Under the pieces are notes generated by a model that worked only from the letters and a program-made list of their open reading frames with translations, was not told the origin of the DNA and did not search any database. The translations under genes were made by a program, and so were the position numbers. This document shows, piece by piece, positions 48,696 to 63,567 of a stretch of 64,000 nucleotides of DNA; position 1 is the stretch's first letter, and each line of letters begins with the position of its first letter. The stretch lies in contig NC_042999.1 in NCBI RefSeq assembly GCF_006345805.1, forward strand, positions 126,852,001-126,916,000, read 5' to 3'. This DNA is from Octopus sinensis. Its lineage: Eukaryota.

Positions 48696-51600
48696 ATATA
48701 ATATATGTACCTGCTATATTCTTGGATAAAATCAGTTACATTAACTCCAGAGTTACACTAGAAGCCTGAAAGATAAAGTAGACCTAGTTGGAAGTAAAAT
48801 TCAAAATATAAATGGACATAACCAAATACCATAAGAATTTTGGTTGTGATAAGATATTGTGGAAAATGTTAGAACATCTTACCAATTCTACTTATCAGTT
48901 ATCTACCATTCACTCACTTATCAATAGTCTCTCTACATAATTGTACAAATCAACAAATTAACATTAATACTTTAAATATTCATGAATATCTCTTTCTAAA
49001 ATACATGCGTTGTTGTATAGAAAGATTGTACTATCATAACAAGCATGAATGAAATCCAACCGTATGAACAAGCTAGATTTCAAAGTGATTTTCCCATCAT
49101 TAACCACCTATACCATGAAACAAATAACTGAGAATTTCCCACAGTATAACAACTAACTTTGTGTAGCTTTGTGAATAACTAAAAAGTGTTTGACTCTATT
49201 GAAACAGCTGCAGTGATGACAGCCATAACAGATTGCGGTCTACAATCAGCATATATTTCATGTCTTAAAATGTATTTACCACCAAATTTCATCTTATATC
49301 AGACTACATAGATTTAAAACCAATTTCTGGTGTTGATTCTTTGCTCTCCATCTCTCTCTTTCTCTTTTGCTCCTTTCCCTCTATGTTGCTCTTCTCCATC
49401 TCTGTTGCTCTTCTCCTTCTCTCTTGTACTTCTCCTTCTGCCTTGCTTTTCTCTCTCTTTCTCATCTGTCTATTTGTCTGTCTATCTGTCTGTTTCCTTT
49501 AAGCTGTTAGAGGGTCAGGAAGAACCATTCACAATGCCACCTTTCCTCCAAGAAGTACAGAAGTGTTGAGCTAGAGATTATCTACCTTTTCTCATCCAGC
49601 ATGCAACAAAATCTGTTCATGGAACATTATGGGCAAGGACGAGCCAATGTTTCATATAGCACAGAATGCTTAATACAAAAAAAGGATGTTATATGAAGGA
49701 CATTTGGTTCCTATTCCTAATAGTTTGTGCAAACACATAAAGGCTTTCTCATTGGTTCAGAATAATGCAGTTATTATTATATCTTGAATGCCTTTCATCA
49801 TAGGTTTGTTGAATCAAGTTTGGAGCTAAAAACAACAATTCTGTGTATTTCTATGAACTTATTACCAGCAATATTGATATAATCCTTGTTATTTAACAAG
49901 ACTTGCAGTGGGCTATGCTGGCAAGAATCAGTACAAGAAAAGTAACGAATTAAATATCTTAATTTATTCTGAGGTTTTGGGTCAAGTCTTTCTTGGATAC
50001 ATTTTTTGACTTAATTAGAAGATAAGGGTAATGCCTAAAACTTTTTTTTAGATGTCTGAGAGCAGAACAGGAGAGAGATATGAAGAAGCCACTATTCAAA
50101 GGTTACTGCAATAAGACAAAATATCAAAATATGGATTTTTTCTTAGATTAGAAGCCTGATCCCAGAGCTTGCAGCAGATTGAACTTTGCTAAGAACACTT
50201 AAGGGCCATGTGGTGATGTTGAACAGGATGACAGATTAACCCTTTTGATATTAACCAGCCTAAGACTGCCTCTGGTTCTATGATTCAAACTTCTTGTTCT
50301 AAAATGTTCTAAATTAAAACCTTCCTTTGAAATTTCATGGTACTTGCTTTATCGACCCTGAAAGAATGAAAGGCAAAGTCAACCTTGAAAGAATTTGAAC
50401 TCAGAATGTAAAAATAATGATGATGATGATTTGTACACGAACACTTCCCATTTAATTATGGTTCAATTAGCAGAAATCCCATGGAAAAGCTTCTAAATTT
50501 GCTTTAATTCCATACTGTACACACAAGCTAAATCTCCTCTTTAACTATTCCTTTTCATTTCATGAGACTCACTCCTATGCACAAATACATGCCAAGTGAG
50601 AAAGCATCTGTGGTCACTTTAAACTGACAAGGCAACCAGTTCCGATAACATTCTTCCAATTACCCCCAGTACCTCAAGGCTAGTCCCTAACCTTGCCAGC
50701 ACTTCAATCTCTCTCCTTCTCTCTCTCTCTCTCTCTGAATATATTTTGATGTTTGGAAACCTGCTATAGTGTAGCCTGCTTCTAAGAGGTCTTCCCATAT
50801 GACCCTGTCACCTATCATCCTTTCACTCTTCTAACATTGATAATGTTTTCTATTACATTGAATCTTCCTTTAATGACTATCAGTATGGCTTTTGTTAAGC
50901 CAGATCTGTTTTCAAATCTGGTGAAAATATTATTGTTATTCTCAACATCACCAACACTGAGTGTATCTGACATACAAATTTTCTGGCAAAGTCTTCAACT
51001 ATGGGCCTCAATCACCTCTCATCTTTTGGATCAGTGTTTCCTTTCAGGCCTTAGTATTGCTGTGGTGTGTGATAATGAACTCGCACCTTATTAACTCTTA
51101 TGACACTCAGTGTTAAGCTTTTGTCTCCCAATTCATTGTCTATCCCAGTGTAGAACTGTTGCTAAATAGTTGGCTGATCACATGTTAGTGCAACTAATAT
51201 CTGAAGTGGTTATATGACCAGATAAAGGCAGAAGTAATAGAGTACCATTTTAAATGCCTAAAAAAGTATTTAGTTTCATCTTATGAGTTTAAGTTTTGCT
51301 GGGATTGATTTTGCCGTTCATTTCTCAGAGGCTAATAAAAGAACTACTGAGAAAGGACTAGAATTTATTCAAAGAATTACACCTCTTCTCCTCAAATTTT
51401 TGGCCCTGTGTCAATGGGAGAGATTATTAAGTAGATCCTCTTGATACCGTAACCTTTTCTTCCAAGTTCATGATTAATATCATTCTTCAATTAGTATAAA
51501 ATTATTAAAAAATACCCTCTTTTAATGACTGCAATACAAGGGCATACACTAGATTCATTTTGTTAAATGTTCCCCCAGGACTTGGATTTCATATATATAG

Positions 51601-52791
51601 ATTGCATATTATTGATCATAATGAATATTTAACATGAAAATAGGCAATTAATGATTTTGTCTATTCAAGGTTTCAAATTGTATTCTGCCGAAGGTTTCTT
51701 TAAAAGGTTAATATTCTATTAACAAATAAATTGTGTGTGTGTGGTGTGTGTGTGTGTGAGCATATGTATATGTATACACACACACACATGTATGTATGTA
51801 TGTATGTATGTATGTATGTATGTATGTATGTATGTATGTATTTATGTATGTATGTAAAACAGTGAAAACTGTAAAACTGTTCAACAATTACAAATATACC
51901 ACCAGTTTATTATACAGTATGAAAGAAAATATAGAATGGCTGATAAATTCACACAAGAAAATTACTTATTACAACTAAATTTTTAAAAGTATTTTTGTTT
52001 GTTTTTGTGTTATCATCAAAATACAAAAATTATTAATGCTTGATATTGAAGTTGAACATATTAATTTCAAATCTTATAAATATTTAATTATTCTCTTCTG
52101 ATAAGCTATGAACTCACTTTTGTGTGAAATTTCAGGTTAGCAAGAGAGAAACAAAACAGGTTTTGTTCTGTGTCTAGTTTTAACTAAATTTTGACCTTTA
52201 TTCCACCCATATCTTCACACTGCATTAAGTTCCAACCATGACTATTTTTTAATGCTTATCATGGAATTTGAGAAATGAATTTTTGATTTTAATTCAGAAA
52301 TTATCTAGAAATATGCAAAATTTTATACAACTAATCAAATCATCCAGACGGGTCTTATCCCAATGATTAGCAGTTCAATACTTTTATTTAAAAGAAAATA
52401 GAAAATTTGAAAGTCATTAAATGATGTAGGTCCTTGAGTGGGTAATGGCAAAAGGCTTAAAAGAACAGTATGTAGCTTGTTTTTACACCAAAATCCATCT
52501 TTCAAATGAAATATTTGAATTGTTGTGTAGATCTTTGAAGTTGAATATGGCTTAAGATTGAAATGGTTATAGTGGTGTGGATTACTTCAGTGATAACATG
52601 AGATAATTCTTCACCTACTTCAAAATATATGGAAACAGTGTGATACTGTTACACTTCTTGGTAAATGAAGCAAAAGTTTCAGAACACTGAGGCTGCTATC
52701 ACTAGGAATGATTTTGACTAAAATATAATGTGTAGCTGTAATGGCTTTCTTGATGGAGTAGTCAAAAGTTGTATTACTAAGGTGACATTAA

Positions 52792-53439
52792 ACCTTTAGC
52801 ATTCACATTATTTTGTCAAAAGTAAGGTGACAAGCTGGCAGAAACGTTAGCATGCTGGGCGAAATGTGTAGCCGTATATTGTCTGCCATTACGTTCTGAG
52901 TTCAAATTCCACCGAGGTCGACTATGCCTTTCATCCTTTCGGGGTCGATAAATTAAGTACCAGTTACACACTGGGGTTGATGTAATCAACTTGATCCATT
53001 TGTCTGTCCTTGTTTGTCCCCTCTGTGTTTAGCCCCTTGTGGGTAGTAAAGAAATAAGAAACATTAGCATGCCAGGCGAAATGCTTAGCAGTATTTTTGC
53101 TGTCTCTATGTTCTGAGTTCAAATTCTGCCAAGGTTGGCTTTGACTTTCATCCTTTTGGGGTCGATAAGTTAAGTACCAGTTGCGTACTGGGGTCAATCT
53201 AATCGACTGGCACCCTCCCCCAAAATTTCAGGCCTTGTGCCTAGAGTAGAAAAGATTATTTTGTCAAATATAAATGCATATTTATTCCAATTGTTTTGAA
53301 TTAATCATGCATTATCTTGTAGCTTTGAGGTTTTAATGAGGTAACTGTTAATTTTTAGAATGATATTGTAGTATTGGTGTGAAAGGCCAGATCTGACCAG
53401 ATATTTTGGTTGGATATGGCTGGTTTGAATGCTAAAGGG
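52792..53439. mobile_element. piggyBac-like MITE hosting a SINE dimer
   Basis: TTAA|ACCTTTAGCATTC ... GAATGCTAAAGGG|TTAA. The body matches 21018-21237. Confidence 0.8.
52821..53254 (+). mobile_element. Dimeric SINE family B with 14-bp TSD
   Basis: Two tandem family B bodies. ATTATTTTGTCAAA at 52807-52820 and 53255-53268. Confidence 0.85.
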
Positions 53440-54487
53440 TTAAGTGGAACCACCAATAATAAGTAACTAAGGAGACATTTAGGAATCTATTATTTATATT
53501 TATGACATACAGACTATTTAAAAAATATATGAAATAAAATCATAGTGGTTTACAAATCTGAGTAGTGGAAGCAAATTACTGCTACTCCCACTGCTTTGCA
53601 TATAATGTATAAGATATGTAATAAAATTTATGATGTATAAGTGCCTATATATCAATGATAAGTAGTTTTGAGAATAGGAGACATTAATCCAACTATGAAC
53701 CTTATATTATCTATTATGTTAGCAATGAAAAATTGATTACTGTATTCTCTGAGTATCTTCGAGTGATATAAAAATAAACATACATTCCTTAAATTAAATT
53801 AATGTTTACATCAAAAATCTAATTAGAAGTAATTATGCATTGTGGAAAAGTCAACATTACCTCAGTGACTAATATTATTTTAATCAGTTCAGCTAATATG
53901 GGAGATAACTTTAGCCATGTTTCAGACTTATGAGACCTTAAGCAAAACATACACTTCACAATATTGCTGAAGTAGTGATGAAAGAATTGCTTCCTCCTTA
54001 TTGTTACTCAGTGGTTTTAAAAATACATATGGCCATGAAACCAATGTCTTGTAAGTCAATTCAAGCAAAAGAAAAGGTATACATGTAAAGCTGTATGGGT
54101 TTGCATAGGGCCAACATCCCTACCTTGAAAACTGTAAAGTTACAGAAGTGTTGATAACAAGTCAAAACCAACAAAACCTGGAAGAAGAAGGGCTTCCCTC
54201 AGGGAAACATGATGCACTGTTGCAAAATCTGAAAGAAAGCTGCAATACTGATTCCCTTTAAGCAGAATATTGAGGAAGCACTGAAAAAGTAGGGATCCAA
54301 CAGGAGGGAAGCAGGAAAGACATTCTAGATTCAAGCACAACATAGTGGCAAACATAAGGTTTGAACTGTTGACATGATGAACAGTTGATCAGTTCAATGA
54401 TCCATAGTGATTTTAATATATGACACAATAAAATCCAAATTTAAGGAATATAGTCAAAATATGTTTCTTCTTTCTGCTAGGAGCTTT

Positions 54488-54730
54488 CATCATCATCATC
54501 TTCATCGTTTAACGTCCATTCTCCATGCTAGCATGGGTTGGGTGGTTCGACCGGGATCTGGGAAGCCAGAAGGCTGCACCAGGCTCCAGTCTGATCTGGC
54601 AGTGTTTCTACTGCTGGATGCCCTTCCTAACGCCAACCACTCCATGAGTGTAGTGGGTGCTTTTTACGTGCCAGGTGAGGCTGGCAATAGCCACGATTGG
54701 ATTGGTGCTTTTTACGTGTCACTGGCGGAG
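54488..54730 (-). mobile_element. RTE 3' end
   Basis: CATCATCATCTTCATCGTTTAACGTCC..GCTGGATGCCCTTCCTAACGCCAACC. Confidence 0.85.
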
Positions 54731-55182
54731 CTTTCTTTTTATGATATAAATATATAGATAATGTCAATAGCTGTGTTGAATTCACAAACAAAAGAATGAA
54801 AAAAATTTTAATAAAAAAAAACATGGAATAAAATATACAATTCACCATGGTAATGTTAGGTTTTGTAGTTTGTTAAATATATTCATACAATGGACAACAT
54901 AATAGACATAAGACTTATTTCTTATGTTAATAAATATATAGAGTCACTTGTCAGAACTTTTTGTGATTAGGTGTTTTTATCTATCTTATCATATTGTGAC
55001 CATTTCTCATGAACTGGGCATTTTTAGAGAAAGTGGAAAAGCAATAACTAGGTGTTGAAACCAGGGTTTACTAACTCTGCAAGTCAGCAACTACACATGT
55101 GTACATGTGGAGGACGATCAAAAGAAAGGAAGATATACGTGCATGTATGCTTATGTTTATTTTACTGATGCTCCATAACTAT

Positions 55183-55740
55183 CATCATCATCATCATCAT
55201 TATCCTCATCATCATCTTTTAATGTCCATCTTCCATGCATGCATGGATAGGATGGTTGACAGGGGCTAGCCAGGCAGGAAAACTACCCTAGGCTACTGTG
55301 TCTGTTTTGGCAGGGATTTTACAGCTGGATGCTCTTCCTAACACCAACCACTCTGCAGAGTGGACTCAGTCCTTTTTACGTGACACTAGTACTAGTGAGG
55401 TTAGTTTTGGCATGACTTTCACTTTTGGATATCATTCCAAATGCCAACCACGTTACAGTGTGGACTGGATGCTTTTAATGTGGCATCAGCACTGGCAGAG
55501 TAACCAAGTAACTTGCAAGACAAGGAATAATGAGAGGGATAGGGCATTTGAGGAGGGTAACTTGTGTCAGAGGATGAAAGGTTAAAGTGTGACAAAGAGA
55601 CAGAGAGACAGAAGCAGGTGTCTTTCCATAACAGAGGAGGCATTAGAGGAGTTGATCCAGTATCAAATGACGAAAGGTTAGAGCGTAACAGGGAAATTGA
55701 AAGGCAGAAATAGGTGTTTTGCTATAAAGGAGATACATGG
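55183..55740 (-). mobile_element. RTE-related 3' end, older subfamily with long 3' region
   Basis: (CAT)n TTTAATGTCCATCTTCCATGC..GCTGGATGCTCTTCCTAACACC. Similar segments lie near 14760-15060, 56760-57350 and 62580-63010. Confidence 0.6.
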
Positions 55741-55749
55741 TTACCCAGT

Positions 55750-55752
55750 GAA

Positions 55753-55784
<32 letters not shown>

Positions 55785-55839
55785 GGAGAGGGAGAGATAG
55801 AGGGAGAGGGAGAGATAGAGGGAGAGGGAGAGAGAGAAA

Positions 55840-55871
<32 letters not shown>

Positions 55872-55872
55872 A
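55750..55872. repeat. (AG)n with 18-bp unit AGAGGGAGAGGGAGAGAT x3
   Basis: Seen directly. Confidence 0.9.
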
Positions 55873-56374
55873 AAAAGAGATAGTGAGTGAGAGAGAGGCA
55901 CGAGAAAGAAGCCAGAAACAAGTGTGCTGATGTAAAGGAGACACTTGGTTACCTAGAGGAAAACAAGAGAAGGAGAGTGAGAGTGACCAAAGGGAAACAG
56001 AAAGAGAGTAGGAAACAGTAAAAGTGTAAGAGAGAGCAGAAGAGAGCTGGTGTAGTGCTAGGGTATACTCACAAATAACAAGAATATGAATGTAGAACCT
56101 GGTTAGAAAAATAGGGTCTGGGTGTGGGGGATGTGGGGGATGTGGGGAGCAGTGATACAGTGAGCAAGGCAGTGAGAGCAAGAAAGGAGATTGGAAAACA
56201 GTCATAATTTGAGGAAATGTGTGGAAGAGAAAGATGTAGTTAGTAAAAGAATTGTAGTTTGATTCCTTAGGATAAAGTGTGTGGGACACAACTCTTCTAG
56301 CATTCAGTTTCATGGATTGGTCTTCTCTAGAACCTTATATCTCCAAACATATTGGTCCACTGTCATTTTCTCCG

Positions 56375-56419
<45 letters not shown>

Positions 56420-57959
56420 CACACATATATATATATACACATATATATACACAAGAAAGCATGTAAATGCAAAACAAGGAAGAAAAATAGTACTTGAATA
56501 CCAAAGATAGAGTAATAAAATTACATACATACATACTCATCTATCTCTATGGCTGGATTACCCTTCCTGTCACTGTCTCACTGTTTCCAAACAAGTTAAT
56601 TTTTCTCTATGGCCAGACATGTTTTTGCATGGAAGATTAGAAAAGAATGACACCTGTTTACAATCATCATGCAATATCAAGACAAGGGGACAAACACAAG
56701 CACACACACTCGAACATACTCACATATGCATACATACATAGACATACACATATATAATCACCATCACTATCATTTAACATCTGAGTTCCATTCCATGCTG
56801 GTATGGGTTTGATGTTCAAAAGAATCTGAAAAGCTAGAAGACTGCATTGAGCTCCAGTGTCTTCTACCTCATGCTTTTTAAGGCTGGATCCCCTTTCTAA
56901 TATCAAATGTTTAACAGTGTGTTATGGGTGCTTTTTTACATGGCACAAGCACTTGTGAGGTTACCAAATAGCTCAAAAGTTATGACCCTTTGAGTGAGCA
57001 GGAGCAGAGTACTGAAGGAGGTAGCTTTGTAACAGGAGTTGAGAGAAAAAAGTATGATGGAGGAACTTGAAGAAATGTTTTGCTGTAGAGTATATACATA
57101 GTTTCCCTAGCTGGAGTGAGAAAGGATGGTGGTGATGAGGTGTCAGGGAATACCTTCAAGCTGCAAGAAGATGGATAAATAGAGAATGGGGACAGGGAAT
57201 CAAGGATGATTGGATGATTAGTTTTGTGAGGGTATGAAAAGGGAGGAACAGATGGGGATAGTGGGGATTGCAATAGGGATAGACATGGGGATGGCTGTGA
57301 CTGCATTGAATGGTGAACACTTAATCAATAGTGGATCTCAGTTTGGGTGGGGCGAGGTTAAGGAAAATAGGAATGGGTTAGGGTGGGTAAGTTGGTAAGT
57401 GAGCAGCACATAATGGAAAAGAGGTCAGATGAAAAATAGAGGTGTGATGTGAATTGTGGGGGGGGGGGTGACAGAGACAAAGGTGAATATAGTGAGTGAT
57501 AAACAAATGTGGGCTGGGGTATCAATGGTTGATATGAGGTGTTCAAGAGAAAGCAATGTTAAGTGGAAAATAAAGTGGTAAGGGATGATATTGAGAATGC
57601 AGGGTGGGTAATAAGAGAAGTGGTTCCAAAGAGAGTAATAACTGGTAGCACAAAAGTTGGGATGAAATATGTGCAGTTTTGCTCTTATAGAATTACAGCA
57701 GCTGAGTAAATAGTGCCATAGTTAGAAGGGAAGGAGGAATGGATATCAGACAGATTAGTTGTGAGGAAGGTACAGATTGGGTGCAAGGGCATAGACATAA
57801 ATAAAATGCTTTTAGGACCTCAGTTTTTGCTGAGATGGATGGAACTTCTGAAGTACAATGAATCATTAATTATCTTGGTCCTTTGTCATCTCTGTTAAAC
57901 TTCAACAACTTGAGATAGTGCTTCACTACTTTGTTACATATTTCTCTGGGTCTCTTTCT

Positions 57960-58415
57960 TTTACAGGCTTCCTTTACATTTAGCAATTGACACTTCTTTA
58001 TGCAGTTACCTTTATTCATCCCCATCACGTGAACATACCAGTGCAATCTTCCCTTTTATACACTTCATCTGATGCATTTATGCCTAATTTTTCTCTTAAC
58101 ACATTTGCACTTTGTCATCTGTGCACACTGACATTGCACATCCAGTGGAACATGCTAGCTTCGTTTTTTTCAAGTCTTTGCCTTTGCAGCCCACATTTCA
58201 CTATCATATAATATTGCTATTTGTGCACAAGCAGCATACAGAGTGAAAGGCAATCTACTTTTCACTCTGAGAGAGAGGCCTTTTGTTACCTCTGAACTTC
58301 TCCAGCCAGTTTGTATTCCAGCAACTATATTTTCAGAACATCCTCTTTCACTGCTAATTAGGTGACCTAAGTAACAAAAACAATTTATACGTCTAAATAT
58401 CCTGGGCATTCAAGA
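57960..58415 (-). mobile_element. RTE LINE RT C-terminal fragment
   Basis: FCYLGHLISSERGCSENIVAGIQTGW..KGLSLRVK..LYAAC..ILYDSEMWA. Confidence 0.8.
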
Positions 58416-59405
58416 AAATCTATTTTCTGTGTGCTCCAATGGGTTTCTTTCAGTTTTTGTTTACCAAATCTACTTGCTTACAAGGCTTTGGTCAAAACAT
58501 ACTTGCTCAAGATGCCATGTACTTTAAGTTATAGGACTGAACTTGAAACCTCATGAATGGGAAGCAAGCTCATTAACCACATAATCATGTTTACACCTGT
58601 GGGAGTAAACTGGGTTCTCTGAATATTGGAATAAGATGAGATAATAACAGCTGATTGCTTTTAATCACAAGCCTCTCAATCAAGATTTATCTGAAGCCAA
58701 ACAGCAATAAAAACGATGAAGAAGCCTCTACTTGGCCATTTTACCTGCTAGTAATATCAGCTAAATATCCCTCAAATCACACACATCTTACTCCCATGCA
58801 GAAAGAAAACTACAATAAATACTTAAGTCTTAGTTCTGTGACCCTACCCAACTCTCTCCAGCACACACACACACACATGTACACACACACATGCAAATAA
58901 TAAGAGAGGGACTATGATTTGAATGTCATTCATCATAAGTCTACTCAGTCAGGGCTGACCTACAGATAACAACAACTTTTTATAGAAAGGAAGGCTTATT
59001 TTCTCTTTCATATATAAAAAGCTTTCATTTATTTATGAAAATGGCAGTAGTCTGTGGACAAAGAAAAATGCATAAACAAGTTAACAACAGACGAATTGAT
59101 TATTGATGTCTATGGCAGTAGCATTTATAGAGAAAGATTAATATAATGATTTTGGAATCGTTCAAGGTACTGGGTTTTTTTTTTCAGTTTTATTGTTTGT
59201 TGTTTTTTGTTTCTTATTTAATACTACTCCAACAAAGGAAGATGGAGAAGATAGTGGGGTGGATGTTGGCCTAGTTGTTAATGCAGTGAGCAATGTCTTG
59301 TAGTAAGTTTACACAATGCTGTATGGTATAATGCTTCATTAATTTCAGAGTTATTATCGTGATTGTATTTGTGTTTTATTTATTTATTTATTCATTTATT
59401 TATTT

Positions 59406-59441
<36 letters not shown>

Positions 59442-60614
59442 TATGCCATTGCAGCCAGACTTCAAAATATATAAATGAATAAATGAATAAATAAATGATA
59501 CATACATGAACAAATATAAATTGAGCATGCAAATTTGCAGTGAAATTTTGGGTATGGTTGATTATATCATGAATGGCATATCATTTCAAAGATTACTGAA
59601 GTGATGAAAGGTAGGAAAATGACCCCTACGAAATTTGAACTTGGAATGGTTCTGCCAATCCACTGCACTTAATGATGATGAAAGAAACAACAATAACAAA
59701 AAAAAAACAAAAAAATTTCTAGCTTCCATTTTTTTGTTTTTCTTTTTATATTTCTTTTTGATATTCCTTTTAATTGTTTAAACTTACTAAATAAGCCGGA
59801 AATTGCTGTCTAAGAAACTGGTCTGTACATGTTTAGCTCATTGGAAAATAAAAGAAAAGTATTGTCCATTTATTGAATGTTAAGTTGGTTTGTCAATCAA
59901 CAGAAAAGGAAAGGATATATTGAACTTGAGAGGATTTTGACCTCAGAAACATAAGAATGATTAATTAAAAGTACATGAACTATTCAGAAAAATGTCTCTC
60001 ACTTTTATTTCAAATACACATCCATCCACATCCTAGCATCAAACATTTACATATACATACCAGAAATTCTATTGGGAGTAAGTTTGGGATAGTAGTGCTA
60101 GCATGGATGAATAAAAGCCAACTAATGCTCTGTCTAAGCACAACCCAAAATTGGTGCCCTTTTGAACCCTTCTTTTGTCTAATTGATGAGACATTAAGAT
60201 GTAATATGTATTGAATGTGAAATAATAATAGATTTAAAATTTTGGGTTTTTTTCTTGATCAGACACCATAATTCTATTAAATGTAATATTTAAAAAAAAA
60301 ATTTCATTTCATATTAAATAGCATTAAATAAATTGTTTACTTGCTAGCAGGAACAATACAAATTTTTTTGATCATTCAACAATGCAAACTTTATTTTATT
60401 TATTAAAATAAAACAAAACAAAACAAAACACAAACAAGCTATGTACCATTTGCATTGAGGTAGAACCAGCACTGGAAAAAAACACCGATTCCCTATTTCT
60501 TTGGCTCTCTAAACATATGCTTATTTTTAAGGTCTTCATTTATTTTAATTTTTATTGTTACAGCATACTCAATTACATAAATATCCACATTAAAATATAA
60601 ATCAAAAACAGATG

Positions 60615-61125
60615 TGGCACCATTATCAGTGCTTTTTAAGTGGCACCAACACCAGTGCATTTTTATGTGGCACCAGCACCCACGCCAGTGCTTTTTACAT
60701 AGCACCTTGGTTTTTAGGATCTCAGTGCTGTTGTGGTGGGCAGTTCTCATAAGGCTCAGTATTTTGAGATTGGCCTTCAATACTTCATCCCATGTCTTCC
60801 TGGGTCTCCCTCTTCCACAACTTTCCTCCACTTTAAGTGTTTGGCACTTCTTTATGCAACTGTACTCGTCCATCCACATCACATGACCAAACCAGCACAA
60901 TCTCCTCTCTGGTACACTGTATATAATTCCTCTTATGCCCAATTTCTCTCTCACTGCACCAATGCCATGTTGCAAAGACACACTGACATCACACATCTAG
61001 CAGAGCATATCAGTTTTGTTCCCTCCAGCCTTTACATGTCTTCCATATTTAGAACCCACATCTCACTACCACGTAGCATCTCAATTTGAAAACATGCATC
61101 ATACAATCTTCCCTTCACTTGGAGA
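60615..61125 (-). mobile_element. RTE LINE ORF C-terminal fragment
   Basis: REKLGIRGI..ERRLCWFGHVMWMDEYSCIKKC..GRGRPRKTWDEVLK. Confidence 0.88.
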
Positions 61126-61619
61126 GAGAGAGAGAGATAAATATTTAATCTTTAGCTAGCAGACCAACAATTAAATGTCAGTGAAAATGCAACCACATTT
61201 ATAAATATGATGTAATGAGTGAGCTAAAGGGCCATCTGTGGGGAAACTTATTAGGGTCAAGGGTGAATTGAGTGTAAGAACTTGTGATGAGGCAATCTGA
61301 AATGAGTCTTAAATTTCTCAAAAATATAGGTAACTTATATTGAATTAATCTTTGGGTTTAAATGATTAAATCATTTTTTTTCTTTTTCAAATGGGTTTTT
61401 AATTTAAATGAAGGTAAAGTTCCACCTACAAGAACAAACAAAAGATTTTCCACTTCTCTTCTAGGGGCTTGATCAACCTGTTAGAAATAGCAACTAACTC
61501 TCTCTTAATTCACACCATACTATTATGAAAAAATGATGAACTGTACATTGTAGTCCTAGATGCACTATGCTTGAAAAGTAGAAAGAATAAAAATAGCTGG
61601 CTGCCTTTGATCATAAGTT

Positions 61620-61865
61620 TGCACCACCACCGCCACTACCACCACCACCACCACCGCCACCGCCACTGTCGCTACCGCCACCACCACCATCACCACCACT
61701 GCCACCGCCGCAACCACCACCACCACCACCACCACCGCCACCACCGCCACTGTCGCTACCGCCACCACCACCATCACCACCACTGCCACCGCCACAACCA
61801 CCACCACCACCACCACCACCACCACTAACAATAACAATAACAATAACAAAAACAACAACAACCAT
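61620..61865. repeat. (CCA/CCG)n tract with ~84-bp internal duplication, then (AAC/AAT)n
   Basis: CCGCCACTGTCGCTACCGCCACCACCACCATC occurs at ~61660 and ~61744. Confidence 0.9.
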
Positions 61866-63567
61866 TTAGTATAATATATGTGCCAATAAAGGAATCTGTG
61901 TGTAGTCATTCGATCTGCTAGAAGCAGTATCCTACTGTTTTTTGGAAAGTATAGAGCATATTGAATGTTTTCTTAGACATCCCTAGAAAATATAAACATG
62001 ATAGTCATGGCTGGAATGCCTTTGATCATATGTCTGTTCATTCAGGCTGACTTGGATTACAACTACAATAATTTAAAATATGTGCCAGATATTGAATTTG
62101 ATCTTTTTTTTTTTATTTTTACACAAAAATAACTTTGCCTTTATGTTAATTGACTCCAGAGTACATACGAAATGTTTAAATTCAAATTAAAATCTTTAAA
62201 TGCCTGAGTAACTTCATAAATGATTAGTTGGTGGTGTATAGATTAATTATAATTGCTATTAACATTGATTAGCTTCAGCAAGATCTTGATTTTCTATAAC
62301 TGGGTAAAGAATTTAACAATTAATTTCACTCGGATTCAAAGACAGCATTAATACTTTTTAATGATTTTGTAATACAAAAGCAAGCATATGTCTAAATTAA
62401 TTACTGCGTTATTTATAATTAAAAATATTATATAAACAACTTGGATATTTATTTGTTGCTAATTACAAATATTTTGTTGCTGGCTCTTAGCCTGAGTACA
62501 AATGCACTATATTATAAATATAATTGTTTGTGCATACCCTCATGCACATGCGCATGCAGTCTCATACAAGCATATCATTATCATTACTCTGTATCTTTTT
62601 TCAATGTTGGCATGAGTTGGATGGGTTGTCACAGACAAAGACAGTTCTTCTTTGTAGTTACTATCTCCATCTCCGAGAGAGATCAAAGGCCCATGTCTCA
62701 TTTGTACATACCATTTTGGCATGGTTTCTACAACTGGATATCTTTCTTAACCTCCAACTGCTTTACAGAGTGTACTAGGTGGATAATCTATCATGGCACT
62801 AACATTAGATGGGTTGTTGTGACCTCAACTAAACTAAAGCATCTTCTTTACTCTCTACATTGTCTTCATTCAGTCAAAGCAAATGTGATCAAGATGGTGA
62901 GTAAAAAAGATTGATGACTGAAAATGTGACAGAAAGATGACTGTGATAGGAGGAAGTTGAGTGATAGAAGTGAAAAGGGAGTGGGAAGGGAGTAATGGGA
63001 GAGAGACAGTGATAGACGATATATATAAATCCTTAGATCCTTAAAAATGTTTCAGCCCGAAGGCTTCGGCCATGCTGGGGCACCACCGTTGTATGTGTGT
63101 ATACCACCACCACCATCATCATCAGCATTTTAATGTCCACTTTTCATAGTTCATTATGTACAGATTGTCTACGATTTGATGCTCTTCGAGTACGCAATCT
63201 TTACTTGCTTCCAAACAAAACAATATTTTCTTTAATCCTTAGAGCAATGAGCAGTTCAATGGCCTGACATGCTGTGGAAGATTGTAAACAATAATGCCAT
63301 TTGTATGATGATTTGTTTTTTAATCAGAGTGCAAATATCAAGACAGGGGTAATACACACACACACACACACACACATATGCAAATATGATGGGCTTCTTA
63401 CAGTTTCCTTCCATTGATTTCATTCAAAAGGCATTGGTCAAACCAAGGCCATGACAGATACCATGCAATGGGAATGAACCCTAAACCTTGTGGTTTCAAA
63501 GCAAACTTCTTATCTACATGATCATGCTTGCACACACACACACACACACACATCAGACCACATACAC

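Noticed and set aside
50740-51190. Possible decayed LINE endonuclease on the minus strand
   Set aside because: Only vague resemblance; no convincing motif in manual translation.
54100-54400. Purine-rich coding-looking stretch
   Set aside because: Stops in all frames I read, no recognisable motif or splice pair.
55741-56313. 190-aa minus-strand ORF
   Set aside because: Low-complexity purine/pyrimidine tract with no recognisable domain.
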